A DNA stretch of 62,010 nucleotides, counting the filler, from Basidioascus undulatus (taxonomy: Eukaryota): NCBI GenBank assembly GCA_000826855.1. It is 7 parts of 7 records of this genome, joined end to end, with 100 filler letters (N's around TTAATTAATTAA, not from the genome) between each part and the next. Parts side by side here need not be neighbours in the genome. Positions count along the whole stretch, not along the records: positions 50,308 to 56,120 come from JTLS01001866.1; positions 56,221 to 62,010 come from JTLS01001867.1; 5 more parts are not named here. One strand, given 5' to 3'. The translations under genes were made by a program, and so were the position numbers. How positions within the stretch are numbered: the first letter of the stretch is position 1; every line of letters starts with the position of its first letter. This document shows positions 50,308 through 61,998 of this stretch, one piece after another. The notes below the pieces were generated by a model. That model did not search any database. It saw nothing but the letters and a program-made list of their open reading frames with translations, and was not told the DNA's origin.

Positions 50308-53300
50308 ACCGGAGCCATCGTCGAGCTTGTACTGGAGGGTCTTCTCGTTCTGGTCGACGAGGGCATTCGCGCGCTCAACGAGCTGCGCGGCGAGCTGCTG
50401 CAGGCGCGAGAGCTCGACGCCGCGGTCGAAGATGACGACGTGGTGGACATTGTCGAGCGAGGCGGCCAGCTCGTCGGACCAGATCATCTTGGAGACGATC
50501 GAGGTCACGGCGCGCTCGGGGAGGGAGAAGGTGGACGAGAGGAGGGAGAGCGAGACGTTGTCGTAGAAGGTCGAGTACGTGAAGAGGTACGTCCGGAGCG
50601 CCTCCTCCTGGATCTTGCTGCAATGCGTGACGACCATCCCAAGTCAGTTTCAGATAACGCGCAAGGAAGACGGGGAAAGGACGACGAACCTCGCGAGCAT
50701 GTCCTTGACGGACGCCTCGCCGGGCATGAGGCTCCAGATCTTGATGCCGTGGATTAAGTCGCGGCACTTCTCCCACTCGCCGTTCTGGAGCGCCTTGCTA
50801 GCCTGCATGATGTGGTCGCGGGTGTTCTCGGGCGGCCCCGTGAACGCCTGGCGGTCGGCAAAGTCGAGCTGGCGCTTGAATGCCTTGCTGAGGATCTTGC
50901 GCTTCGCGTCCGGGTCCGTCGTGCCCGCCGCAGCGAGCTTGGGGATCTCGACGAGCATGCAGCTGACGAGGTACACGGCCTCGAGGAGCTCGAGGTTGAC
51001 GTGCAGGTGGAACGGGAGCTGGCGCGCTTTCTCCGTGCGCTCCTGCTCCGGCGTGAGCGTCGACAGCCGCTGCTGCGCGACGCCCTGCGCCAGCAGCTCC
51101 TTGACGCGCCCGGTCTGGAAGATCTCGCGGAGGGAGTCGCGCGCCTCGCGAATGAGCCCCGAGCGGAACGCGCACAGGCCGAGCTGCACGACGGTCCGGT
51201 TGAAGAGGATCTGCGTCGCGACGTCGGCGCGCGCGATGTTCTCCTGCAGGTGCGACATCAGGAACATGTCCCGCGCGGTGTGGTACCGGTTGTGCAGTGC
51301 GTGGTGGTAGATGTGCGAGAGCATCGCGCGCGTGCGGAGCAGGCTGTCGGACGCCTTGTACAGGTGCGTGCACAGGCGGTGGATGAGCGTCGCGGACGAG
51401 AAGGTCGCCTCGACGGGGGTGATGGTCGAGTTGAGCGCGCCGAGCTCGGCGTTCGCGGTCTGCTCGAGGACCTGGAGCGGGGCGTCGGGCTGGCGGAAGA
51501 CAAAGGGCGCCAAAATCAGCACTGTAGGGAGGGGAAGAAGACGCAACCGATGGCGGGCAACGCACCTTGGAGTAAGCGTGCTCGAGGCGGCGCATGACGG
51601 TGCGGGAAGTCGCGTCCGTCTGGCCGGAGATCTCGAAGTACGCCTGGGCGCGCGCGACGGTGGCGTAGAGGTTCTTCTCGTCCTGGAGGCGCTCGACGTA
51701 CTCGTTCGCGTGGGGGTCGATGTTCTGGAGGCTGCGCGTGAACTCGTCGTCGAGGCGGTCGACGTACGAGACGAGCGAGCCGCGGACGCGGACGACGTCG
51801 TCCAGCCCCGCGGGCGTGCGGTCGACCGAGTCGTCGTAGTCCTCCGTCTGCTCCTGCACCGTGTACTGCCGCTCCGTCGCGAGCAGCGCGAGCAGGTCGT
51901 CGAGCTCCTGCCGCGCGGACGTCCACAGGTCCAGCGGCATGTACGTCGCCTGCGCAGGGTTGTAGTCGAACCGCGCCGAAATGAGGGCGAGCAGGACACG
52001 GATCTTCTGGTACGGCGTCGCAGCGACCTTGAGGAGCTTCTCGAGCGTGCGGACAGCCTCGTTGCGGTCGGTGTTCTGGTAGCCCCTCAGAATCGCATCA
52101 GCACCCACGCAGCCTCCCACACCTCCTTTGCTCAAGAGTCAACGTACCTTCTTACCACGCGCCTCGAGGACGGCAGAAAGGTGGCGGAAGAGGCCCTCGG
52201 TCGTGATGGTCGGCTCCTCGGTCGCCTTGCCGCTCTTGCCGACGGTGGAAAAGCCCTCGTCGTCGGCAGCGGCGGCAGCGGCAGCCTCTGCCGGCTCGAT
52301 CGTGACCTTCTTGGCCGGCTTGGGCACAGCAGCCTCGGCCGGGGTGGCAAAGGCGGCGGACGCAGCGGCGGCAGCGGACTCGAACGCCTCGGGGTCCTGT
52401 CGTCGTCATACCAAGCATACCGTCAGCCTCAGGCGCCTGCCCGGACATAAGAAATAAGAGGAGGAAGACGCACCTTGCGGTAGGCCGTAACGTCGTTCTC
52501 CCACTCGCGCGTACTCTTCTTGATCTTCTGACGCATGGTGTTGAGCGCGCGGCTGTTGCTCGCGTTGAGCTTCTTCTTGGACTCCTTCTCCTTCTGCAGC
52601 GTGTCGTCGAGGCTGACGAGCGTCTTGACGTAGACGGGCGGGATGGGCTCGTTGAGCGACTGGAGGCGCTGCACGAGGCGGACGAGCTTGTCGAACTCTG
52701 CCACCACCCAACCATCGCCACTCAGCCGGCCGCTCACCGAGCATGGAATGCAATGGAGGGGAGGAAGGGAGGACGCGACGCACCAGCGTTGATGGCGACC
52801 CAGTCATTGATCTTGTTGGCGTTCTCCAGCACCTTCACGATCCCCTCCATCTCCTCCACGCGCTTGTCCTTCGCGCTCTTGACGACCTTCTTGACGTCCT
52901 CGTCGCTCTCGTCCTCGTCGTCGCCGCCCTTGAGAAACCGGCTGCGCTTGGGCGCGCCCTCGTCCTCGCTCTCGTCTTCGTCGCTCTCGTCCTCGTCCGA
53001 GGACTCCTCCGAAGACGTGTCGCCCGACTTGGCGCCCTTCAGGAAGCGGGACATCGGCTTGGCTTCTTGCTTGGGGGCCTGGGGGAGGGAGGATGAGTAT
53101 TCGAGAGTATGGGCAGGGTAAGGCGAACGGTAACGCACGGCAACCTCCTCGTCCTCAGAGCCGGAGGAGAGGAGCTCCTCCTCGTCCGAGGAAGATTCGG
53201 AGTCGGAGTCACCAGCGCGCCTGTTCCATCCCCCCATCCCAGCGTCAGCCCATCACATCCCAAGACCCCAGAGCGGCGATGGGGCAGCAGCAGCAGCCCC

Positions 53301-53354
53301 ACCGCCGCCGGGGCCGCATAGTCGTGATGGCTAGGCGAACCTGAAGAAAGACAT
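50308..53354 (-). CDS. NIP1: Translation initiation factor eIF3 subunit c (3' partial)
   Basis: [20 protein letters not shown]...[17 protein letters not shown]...[13 protein letters not shown]...[97 protein letters not shown] and PCI domain [14 protein letters not shown]. Confidence 0.97.
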
Positions 53355-53706
53355 GGTGGGTGTGGCGGAAGGGGGGGAAGGGGCGGTCTGCTGCTTTGGT
53401 CGTGCCGGGGTGTGTGAGGCAGCGGTCGTCTGTCTGGCCTGCGCGGAGAGTGTGGCGGCGGGCGGTGAGGAGACGAGACGGCGAGCAAGCGACGAGCAAG
53501 GCAAAGGGCAAAGGGAGAAGTCCAAAGCCCTCGACTTTTCGGCTCGAGGCTTGGAACGCGGTCCCCCGCGTGCAATGAAATGTCCTGGTGCTCCTTTCGC
53601 GAAATCAACGGCAAAAGCTGAAATGAAACGGTTCGCCTTTTCATTTCATTGCACCCGCACCCTCCGCTGGCAGACTCTGAGCTTCAAGGATTTATTCCTC
53701 AACAAC

Positions 53707-54054
53707 ATGGGGCTTGATGGTCCCCACACCCGCTCCAAGTCGGTGCAATATGCCGACGGTGCACTGCGCGCATTCTCCCACTTTCTCGCCAATCGGCAAT
53801 TTACGAGACAAGCGGCGCGCACGCTTGTTTTCGACGAAACTTCTGCCGGACGGCAAGCGTTGCCTAACGCCAATGGAATGGACAGGTTTACTGGAGACGT
53901 GAAGACCAAGACCACTGTACTTGGAATAACCGCGGGTAAAGTTCAAAGATGGGTTCTTCGCAGCATATGCATCATGCATCACCACTGCGCAGGCGCTTTG
54001 TTTGCATCGTGGGCCATGCTGTATATCTATAAAGAAGAAGATGAAGACCTCTAA
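53707..54054 (+). CDS. Possible small single-pass membrane protein divergent from NIP1
   Basis: ATG in ACAACATGG context. A 57-nt GTAAAG..CAG intron (53936-53992) joins TTVLGITA to GALFASWAMLYIYKEEDEDL*, forming a single hydrophobic helix. Confidence 0.3.
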   Translation: MGLDGPHTRSKSVQYADGALRAFSHFLANRQFTRQAARTLVFDETSAGRQALPNANGMDRFTGDVKTKTTVLGITAGKVQRWVLRSICIMHHHCAGALFASWAMLYIYKEEDEDL

Positions 54055-54437
54055 ACTTCCTTATTTGACCCAAAAGCAATATCGGGCAACCTACGGCGGG
54101 GTTTGCAGCCAGTGACGGTACTGAGCGCTCGCACGCCTGCTCTCTTTCAGAGACCGCCAACGCGACGATCTCATCTGATCAGGCAGGTTTATACCTTTTG
54201 AACCGTGCCTCTGATTTTGCCAGAGAGGCGGAAAGCTGTTCAAACGTGTAAGGTGAAGCAGATGCGATGTGGGTGTCAAGATGAACGAGCAGCGTCATGA
54301 GCGAATACAATGTTCTGGCAATGCGCTTGTGTTGCAGAGTCAATGAGAGCGAGCATGAAGAAGAAACCAACAGAATGCGGAACGTCAAGAAAGTACGGCG
54401 ACGATGCCCTCATCCGCCCTTGCCCCCCACCCACATC

Positions 54438-56042
54438 TTAAGCCTCATCGTCGCTGCTGTCCGAGAGCTCGATGACGTCCCTCGCCCTGTTCCCCACGAC
54501 GACGAACGGCTTCTGTTCCTCCCTCTCGCGCTCCCAGCCGCCGCCCCACCCATCATCCCCGCCCTCCCCCTCCTCGCCCTCAACAATCAGCTTCCCCTCG
54601 TCCTCGTCCTCCGCGGCCCTCATCGGCGCCTCCAACCCTCTCTCCACCGCCCTCTCGTCATCCTCGTCCTCCGACTCTCCCCCAAGGCTAACGATCGTCC
54701 TGCGCGGGCGGACGATCCGCCGACTCGAGCACGGGACGAGTCGCTGCCCCGCGCGGCGCGGGGTGAGGTATCCCTCCGCTTCGTCGTCGGAGGTGAGCAG
54801 CGTGCGCCGCCGCTTCTGCTGCTGCTTCTTGAGCGAGGCGGGCGCGCGGGAGACAAGGACGGGCGCGTCGTCGGAGTCCGAGTCGGAGGGGTCCCCCGCG
54901 CGGTCGGAGGAAATGTCCAAGTCCGAGTTGGAGGAGGGGGAGGAGACGTAGTCAGGCGCGGGCTGAGGGAGGGGAGGTGAGGCGGTCAGGAAGAGGGAAT
55001 GTAGAGAGAGAAGGAGAGGAACGAAACGAACCTCCTCAAGCTCCGGCTCGGAGTCCGAAATGACGATGTGGTCGATCAGCCGCCTGGGGCGGTTCGCCGC
55101 GCGCGCGTCGGGCCAGGAGGAGGGGATGATGATTGGGCCCGCGGCGGAGGCGACCGCGGCGCTTGTGGAGGTCGAGGTGAAGGTCGAGGCGGATCCGGAT
55201 CCGGATCCGGAAAAGTTGAAGCGGAAGGTCGTCGAGGTGGGCGCGGAGGCGGAGGACGAGCTGATGGACTGCGCTTGGGCGCGGAAGACATAGCGGATCG
55301 GCCCCGTGCGGGTGCGGTTGAAGACCATGTCCGGCGGGATGCGCGTGCAAACTGTCCCCATTCACCATCCACTCCATCAGCCTTCTTTCCCGGTACACCA
55401 TCAGCGTACGACGCACCGTCCCCCCAAACCACCTCGTTCCTCTTCCCCCCTCCCTTACGGATCGCCAGCACGCGCAAGCGCAGCGCGTCCGCCCACGGGC
55501 GCATGAGCGGCTTGAGCCAGTCCTCCATCTCCTTCTGCATCCCGGCCGCGCACAGCCCGCCGATGAACGCCTCCATCAAGTCCGCGTTCTTCTTCGAGCT
55601 CTTCGGGTTCGCGCTGGTCTGTAGCAGGGACGCGAGCGGCGCGCGCGGGCGCAGGCGCGAGGGGAGCGAGTAGCCAAGGGAGTACCAGGAGAGGAGCTCG
55701 TTGCATACTAGTTGGGAGCGGATGTCCTGTGGGAAAGACGGAGTGGAGTGAGCGGGTTGGTTGATGGGGGAGGAGGGACGAAGCCAACGTACGGTTAAAG
55801 GACCCTCGCGAAGCTCAGCGAAGATCTCGCACAGCCAGCGCGCGCAGAACGCGTATACCTCCGCGTCGCCTACCATTCCATCCAACAGCCCCTCTATCCT
55901 CAGCTCCCGCCTCTCCTGCCAGGACAGAATGAGAGGTAGACGCACCCCGGAACTCGAACACCTGGTTGTGCTTCTGGCCCGGGACGACGAAGCGGCGGTT
56001 AGGCGGGGCGGGGAAGAACGTCTCGTCCGTGAATACTATTGC
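54438..56042 (-). CDS. Ribonuclease III domain protein with acidic, Ser-rich, SIM-like C-terminal tail (5' partial)
   Basis: Spliced AIVFTDETF...KHNQVFEFRG/DAEVYAFCARWLCEIFAELREGPLT/DIRSQLVCNELLSWYSLGYSLPSRL...KKNADLMEAFIGGL...MEDWLKPLMRPW. The RNase III signature (N..FEF.GD) and the second motif (ADLMEAFIGG) are both present. The tail ends DVIELSDSSDDEA*. Confidence 0.82.
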
Positions 56043-56120
56043 CTGGTTCGATCGAAAGAGTGGAGATGCGGTTCGTGAAGTGAAGCTTGTGAGTGGGGAG
56101 GGCGGTGGGGGAGCCTCGTA

Positions 56121-56220
56121 NNNNNNNNNNNNNNNNNNNNNNNNNNNNNNNNNNNNNNNNNNNNTTAATTAATTAANNNNNNNNNNNNNNNNNNNNNNNN
56201 NNNNNNNNNNNNNNNNNNNN
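56121..56220. other. Artificial contig linker
   Basis: 44N-TTAATTAATTAA-44N. Confidence 0.99.
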
Positions 56221-56305
56221 CGGAGGGCGGGAGGGCGAAGGCGTAGAGCGGGCCTTTGGGGAGCGGGGAGGAGGCGGGGGAGCCGTCGGTTTGGGGGTCT
56301 GCCAT
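56221..56305 (-). CDS. N-terminus of a protein cut by the contig end, possibly Vms1/ANKZF1-like
   Basis: MADPQTDGSPASSPLPKGPLYAFALPPS after a C-rich 5'UTR. PLYAFALPP resembles the recalled PLYVFDLPP N-terminal motif of fungal Vms1, but only 28 codons are available. Confidence 0.35.
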
Positions 56306-56665
56306 GCGTGTGGGTTTGTTGGGCGGATAGGTGGCAAGATGGAGGAGATGGTTGAGGTTGAGGGGCGAAGCGAGAAGGCGGATGGTGGATGGAGGGAGTC
56401 AGCGGTTCCCGCGTCCGAGGATACAGTCCGATTTCCTCAAACTGCGTCACTTTCCGGGGCATTTTCAGAGTCGATCTTGGTATGAGATGTAGAGAACGGA
56501 AATCTACAGAGAATAGACAGTAAGAATGCTATTATGTTTGCCTGGAATACAATGGTAGAATGCATCGACAGACAACGAACAGGTGCAAACGCTGGGCATC
56601 TGCTCTCCCTCCATTCCTTCGCCCTCTCAGAGGGCTCCCCCATCCTCCTCCCCATCCTCCGCTCC

Positions 56666-57426
56666 TCACCGGCACCCACAAGCTCCCAGCACCCTCTCCC
56701 ACCACGTGCCTCCTTGCCTCCCGCCCGCCTCTCTCCTCGTCCGCTCCTCCTCCCACAGCACCACCCCGCTCAGCAGGAGCCGCTCAAAGTCGCGCTCGCC
56801 GTCCTGGTACAGCGCAAGCTCGGGCTCGTGCGCCTCCCCCGTCGGCGCGGGCGCGAGCGTCGCGATGGGCGGCTTCTTGGACAGGTGCGAGGACGAGGAC
56901 GGCTCGGGGGGCGTGTATCGGTAGGCGGAGAACGTGGAGGGGTGGTGCGCGTGCGGGAGCCACCGGATTTGGGAGCGCAAGTCGTGCGAGGATAGGATGC
57001 GGGATTTCTGGGGCCATGCCAGCGTTATTCGTGTGAGAGAAAGGAAGATGAGGAAGGAGAACGCACCCCCAGGGTGTTGTTAGTGTACACCTCCTTCTCG
57101 ACCCTCCAAACCGGCACGCCCACGCCCGGCCGCTTCTCGCCCTCCTGTCCCTTGCATTTGTCCGCCATCCACTCAATCGTCCCCAGCACGACCTGTTCGC
57201 CCTCCCCGCCCTCGAGCCAGGTCACGATTGTCCGCCCCTCGACCGGGTCGTACACGAGGCGCGCGACCGGCTGAGGCTCGCCAGAGGGGGCGAGGCGGTA
57301 GAGGACCACGCCCTCCGGGCCCGGCTGGGACAGGTTTGGGGAGGAGAAGCGGTACAGCGTGCCTTGGAGGTTTGTCGGCGGCGCAGAGAAGAGGACGGAG
57401 GGCTTTTCGGGCGGGGCGGAGGACAT
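56666..57426 (-). CDS. Hypothetical protein (two exons, beta-rich region then terminal helix)
   Basis: MSSAPPEKPSVLFSAPPTNLQGTLYRFSSP...VVLYRL...VARLVYDPVEGRTIVTW...VVLGTIEW...NNTLG/GTGCGT intron/..QIRWLP...FSAYRY...PIATL...LALYQDGERDFERLLLSGVVLWEEERTRRE...CGCR*. Codon usage is genic. Confidence 0.6.
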
Positions 57427-57918
57427 GGGGGTGGGTGTGCGAGGAGAATGAGAATGAGATAGAAAGACAGAGGGAACGAGGGCGGTCTTGGGAGGAATGA
57501 GTATGAGAGAAAGAGGGAGAAGGCGGTGAAGGTTGAGGTAGAACCTAGAAGATATTGATGCAGGAGGGGAGGGAGGCGGGTGCGGAGAAGACGCTGCGGG
57601 CACCTTTCAGCACCGCCCTCTCGGCAGCTGCCACCTTCGCCCGTGGCACAACATCGTTCGCCTTCGTTCTGTTCACATTTCAATATGTCAACCTTCCTTT
57701 CAGACACCCTCAGAGCGTGCATTGGCATAAAACTTGCAAGCAGGATCCTTCTCAGCGCAGTCGCACCGCACCCACGCGACCCTTGTCGGCTCATTAATCG
57801 CGATCGAGCAAACTTGCGTCATCTCCTCGCCCAGGTCGCGCTCAAATCTCGTGTCATCTCGCCGCGTCCTAAACGCGTCTCGCTGACCTTACTTTCACCC
57901 TCAACACCAATACCAACC

Positions 57919-59441
57919 ATGTCCTCCTCCCAGCCGCCCGCCCCTCTCTCGCTCGGCTCCTTCTCAGCGTGGATCGAGCTCCACCCCTTGCGCGCCGTCC
58001 TGCCCGTGCACAAGCCTACGCTCAGCGCATCAGGGCGCAAAGTCCGTTTCCCCCCCTCCGCTCCCAGCACCCAGCCCTCTAACTGATGGGCGTGGGGCCG
58101 GGCAGATTACAGCATACATCGAAGCTGTAGAAGGCCAGAACTTCTCCGTGCACTGGCGGGATGCGCGCGGGGAGAGCGCGACGCTGGGGAGGGTGTATGT
58201 GGACGGGCATGGGTACCGGGTGCGTTTCCCCTCCCTCCCTCCCCCTCCCCGTTTCGGGTTCGTCTGTAATGAACCAGGAGGGGTGGTTAGGGCGCATACA
58301 TCGTCCCCGACCACCACCGCGCGCGCGGGGACACGGACTTCACGACGTCGTTTGACGGGCCGCGGGACGACGCGCAGACAGTGCGGATGTTCCGGTTCGG
58401 GAAGATCGAGCTAGTGCGCTTCTCCCTCCTCCCTCTACCCTACCTCTCTAGCCGTTCTCTCACACGGAGTAAACGCAGACGGAGGAAGACGAAGGCTCCC
58501 TGGCGGACGAGAAGCGTCTGCGGGAGCTGGGGTCCATACGTGTGCGCTTTCTCCCCTCTCCCACCTCTTTCCTTCACTCCCTCTCTTCCTCGTCCGCCTA
58601 TCAGTTACTCATGCCCGCACGTGAGCAGGTCTCCATCCGCCCCGTCCTCCTCACTCAATACTCCGACTCGGCGTCCACGCGCGACTCCCGCCCGGGCGAA
58701 AGCAAGGTCTACGAGAAGAACAAGAAGGCGACGCTGAGCCACCAGGTCGGGTGGGTCCCCCTGCTTGCGCCTATCTCCTCCTCTCTCTCCCCCTTCGCCC
58801 CCCCCTCTTCCCTCTCCTCTCTCTTCTTTTCTGCGTCTTCTCTGACTCCACCCGAGCATCGCACTGACACCCCCGCGACGTCCAGCCTGGGTCACTCCAA
58901 ATCCGTCGTTGCGCACCGGACGCAGCAGTTCGAGTACCTCGACTCCGGACCGCCCTACGAGCTTGAGTTCCTCTACCGTTCGCGCGGTGCGCCTCCCCCC
59001 CCCGCCCCGTTCCCGGGCCCTCGTCTGCCCCACTCCCTTCAAACACCGCTCATCCCTTCCTAAACCAGTCCTCCTCCAAGCCGAGAAAATCATCGACCCC
59101 TCCGCACCCTCCACCTCCACCTCCACCTCCACCTCCACCTCCACCTCCACCTCCGCAACGCGCATCAAGCTGGAGCCAGGAACAAGCTCGCAAAGTTCGA
59201 AGCGGGTGGTGGATATCTCGGACGACGAGGAAGATGGGGGGACGGTGTGTTTTCCGGAGCTGAGAAGTGGGGTGACAGGGGGAAGTGGGAGTGGCTGATG
59301 GATGTGCGTGGGGGTTAGAATAAGAAAGTGAAGAGAGAGGGAGAGCCGGACGGGACTGGGGCTGGCGCAGGGTCCAGGGGGAGCACTATGGGCGCGGAGA
59401 AGGGGGAAGTTATTGACCTGACGGCGGAGGACGATGATTAG
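57919..59441 (+). CDS. DUF7918-like fungal protein with C-terminal SIM-like motifs
   Basis: FSAWIEL...ITAYIEAVEGQNFSVHW...GRVYVDG...VRMFRFGKIEL/TEEDE...LRELGSI/QVSIR...KVYEKNKKATLSHQVG/LG...FEYLD..PYELEFLYRSR/VLLQAEKII...KRVVDISDDEED...KKVKRE...EVIDLTAEDDD*. Confidence 0.8.
59111..59154. repeat. (CCACCT)n hexamer microsatellite encoding a poly-(Ser-Thr) tract
   Basis: About 7 perfect CCACCT units within the DUF7918-like CDS. Confidence 0.95.
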
Positions 59442-60029
59442 GTGCGTCCGTTATGTAGCTCCTCTCTTCCCGCTTCGTCTGGACAAGCATCTGACGACGA
59501 GGATGCAACGCTCGCAGGCGCGCTGCGGAGGCGCGCGCACGGGAAACGGGGAATCTGCTTTGTGAAGCTGTTTGTGCGCTATGTAGAAGGAGGGGGGATA
59601 CCCACGTTGTTGTTGTTGTTCGTTTGCGTGCGATTTGGCGTATGCGTTGGTGTGCGGAAGAAGCAGAGGCGGGGGCGGTGCTGAACTGCGCTCGGTTATC
59701 AAGGACAACTTGCCGTAGTCCGCATCTTTTGAATAGCATACGAACAACTGCATTCACTTGGAGCCCATTTTAGAGTATCTCAATGTTTTGATATAACGCA
59801 CGGGTAGCGGACACCGCGCTGGCTGATCTGCCGGCTTCCACAGCTTCCATGAAAATATTCGCTCGCCGATTGGCGCCACGAACCGATGGGGTACCTGACT
59901 AGGATGATCTTGGCGCTCAAAAAAAGTATTATTCACGCTTCCCAATGAGCTGGGGTAAGCAATCAGTCACGAACAGTCATGTTCCTAGCCGCGCGACCGC
60001 CGACCGCGACAGCGCGGGCTGCACGCATA

Positions 60030-61320
60030 AAACCAGGCACGGATTGCCGTACGAAAAGATTTCTCGTCTCTTCCCCACCCTGAACAAGTTTGAGGTCGAG
60101 AAGGCACGTTCCAGTTCCGAAGACCAGAAGAGAGTCGGCTACGTCGCTAGCTGCAATGGGCAGTCGAGCGCCGATGAGCAGCGGCTGGAGCGCCAGCTTG
60201 TCTGGCGGTTGGACTTGATCATGGTGTGAGCGGTTTCTTGGTACTTCTGAAGCCTGGAAATTGAGCGTTCTCTGTTTGGACGCAGACCTTTCATCTGGGT
60301 ACGTGCATCGCACACGGTAGTTTGGTGCCGCTTTGGCTTTGCAGCTGTCTTTCTTGTTCAAGCAGGTTGACGCTTATTGTATCGGGTCATAGTTCCTCTC
60401 GGCAAGGCCTTCTCAACGTGGCCCCTGTACCTCTGGACATTCGTCAATCTCATGTACGAGTGCGGTCAAGCGGTGAGTGCTCTCAAAGCAACGTTGCCTT
60501 CGTATCGAGCCCACAAAGGTGTCTATTTCCGCCGGTTCCAGAGCAAAGGTTGGTTCAGCTTGTACCTCAAGTCCGTGAAGAAGGCGGACGGGACCCAGCG
60601 TTTCTTTTTTTTCCAGCTCAAATGCATACCTATCGCGGGCTACGTTCTCAGTACGTGACAAATTCATCGCTCGTATTCTCTCGTAAAGCTCGACTGACGG
60701 CATGTCTTGGCCCGGTGCTTCTCACCATGCTTCTTCGCGTGGGTCAGCGACCGCATAGACTGGCGATGCACTCGGGTCGTCGTCCAGATGGCGAGTGGCT
60801 TCGTTGTTTCGGGGTCGTGGCGGGTTGGTTGAATTGGCAGGTTCCTGTATCAAACTACTGATATCATGGAACTCCCACACTCAACCTGCCTCGTAGGCTG
60901 TATAATCTTGTCCACCTGGCCAGCTTCACTGGACCTAACATCTTCGCCTACAACCTCCTTTTCTGCTCCAAATCGACTTGCTCCGTCATCGTCGTGAGTA
61001 GCGACATTTCCAGAGGACTATAGCTTTGAGAGTTAACTGAGTGCCTATGACCGCCTTCCCTAGGCTTGGCTCGCAGAGATCTGCCCCGATAGCGCAGAGC
61101 AGCGAATACTCATCATCAGCGTGTCCGCCACTTGGCTGCCGCATTCGCGGCTTGACATCCCCTGTTATCTATCGTGAGTTCAAAACCAAATGGAGATGTT
61201 TCAGCACACCTGCTAAAATATCATGCACAGCGGCATCTAAGGCGCCGCATTACGTTGCTGGTTTCCGCATTGCAGCCGGATTATGTGCTGTGTATCATCG
61301 GTGCCTTTGTAAGTGTAAGG
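60030..61320 (+). pseudogene. Decayed MFS anion:cation symporter, Fen2/Liz1 (pantothenate transporter)-like
   Basis: Fragments in order: ERQLVWRLDLIMV; KAFSTWPLYLWTFVNLMY; WFSLYLKSVKKADGTQRF..QLKCIPIAGYVLS; FAWVSDRIDWR; GCIILSTWP; AWLAEICPDSAEQRILIISVSAT; PVIY/PASKAPHYVAGFRIAAGLC. Frames shift between fragments and most of the N-terminal TM bundle is absent. Confidence 0.72.
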
Positions 61321-61916
61321 TGCAGTTTCCAGAAAACAAAGCTTACAGTACATTCATGGACTTTCAGGTCATGTGGGGCTTCAACAGCGCGACGAGTGAG
61401 TGAAAGTGCCGTTACCTTAGTGAAGAGGTTGCAAGACTAACTGCTGTCATCTGGTCAGGTAGAAGGAAGAAAAAACAAGAAGAAATCCACTACTGAAAGC
61501 ACCGAGTCTCCTGTCGAAGAGAAATAGTTGGGCACCTGCGGAAGAAGCAACTCTGTGCATCTTTGTGTCTTGATCGAGCCATTGCCTGTCTGTTTTCTGT
61601 GGCCTGTGGTGGAAGAGAAGTAAACAAATCCGAACAGAGAAGAAGAAGCCAACATTAAGCTATTTCGGAACGAGCACGATAGAGGGAGCCACGGGGGCGG
61701 AAGGTGGATAGTGACTCGAAATGAGACTGCGCACAGCCTGAACGTCACAGTAAGCGTCAGCCGCTTGATTGTTCAGATGGGGGCACAAAAGGTATCGTTC
61801 AAAATATAACTCTAAAGTAAGGATGGTGCGTATCTGCCCAAGTACGGATTTTGCGTGCATGATTACAATTGTTAGGATACTTGGATGTAGGTACATAGAT
61901 TGATTAATTGACTATC

Positions 61917-61988
61917 TCCTCGTTGGTGTAGTGGCTAACATCGGGTGTTCTCACCGCCCAGCCCCGGGTTCGATTCCCGGACGGGGAA
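61917..61988 (+). tRNA. tRNA-Glu(CTC): tRNA-Glu (anticodon CTC), intronless
   Basis: Acceptor stem TCCTCGT/ACGGGGA, D-arm GTGTAGTGGCTAACAT, anticodon stem GGGTG/CGCCC with loop TT-CTC-AC, and T-arm CCGGG-TTCGATT-CCCGG. Confidence 0.95.
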
Positions 61989-61991
61989 TAA

Positions 61992-61998
61992 TTTTTTT
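61992..61998 (+). terminator. RNA polymerase III T-tract terminator of the tRNA
   Basis: T7 run starting 4 nt after the tRNA discriminator base. Confidence 0.8.

Noticed and set aside
54438..59441. RNase III-SIM gene and DUF7918-SIM gene as a linked SUMO gene cluster
   Set aside because: They lie on different contigs separated by an artificial linker, so the proximity is accidental.
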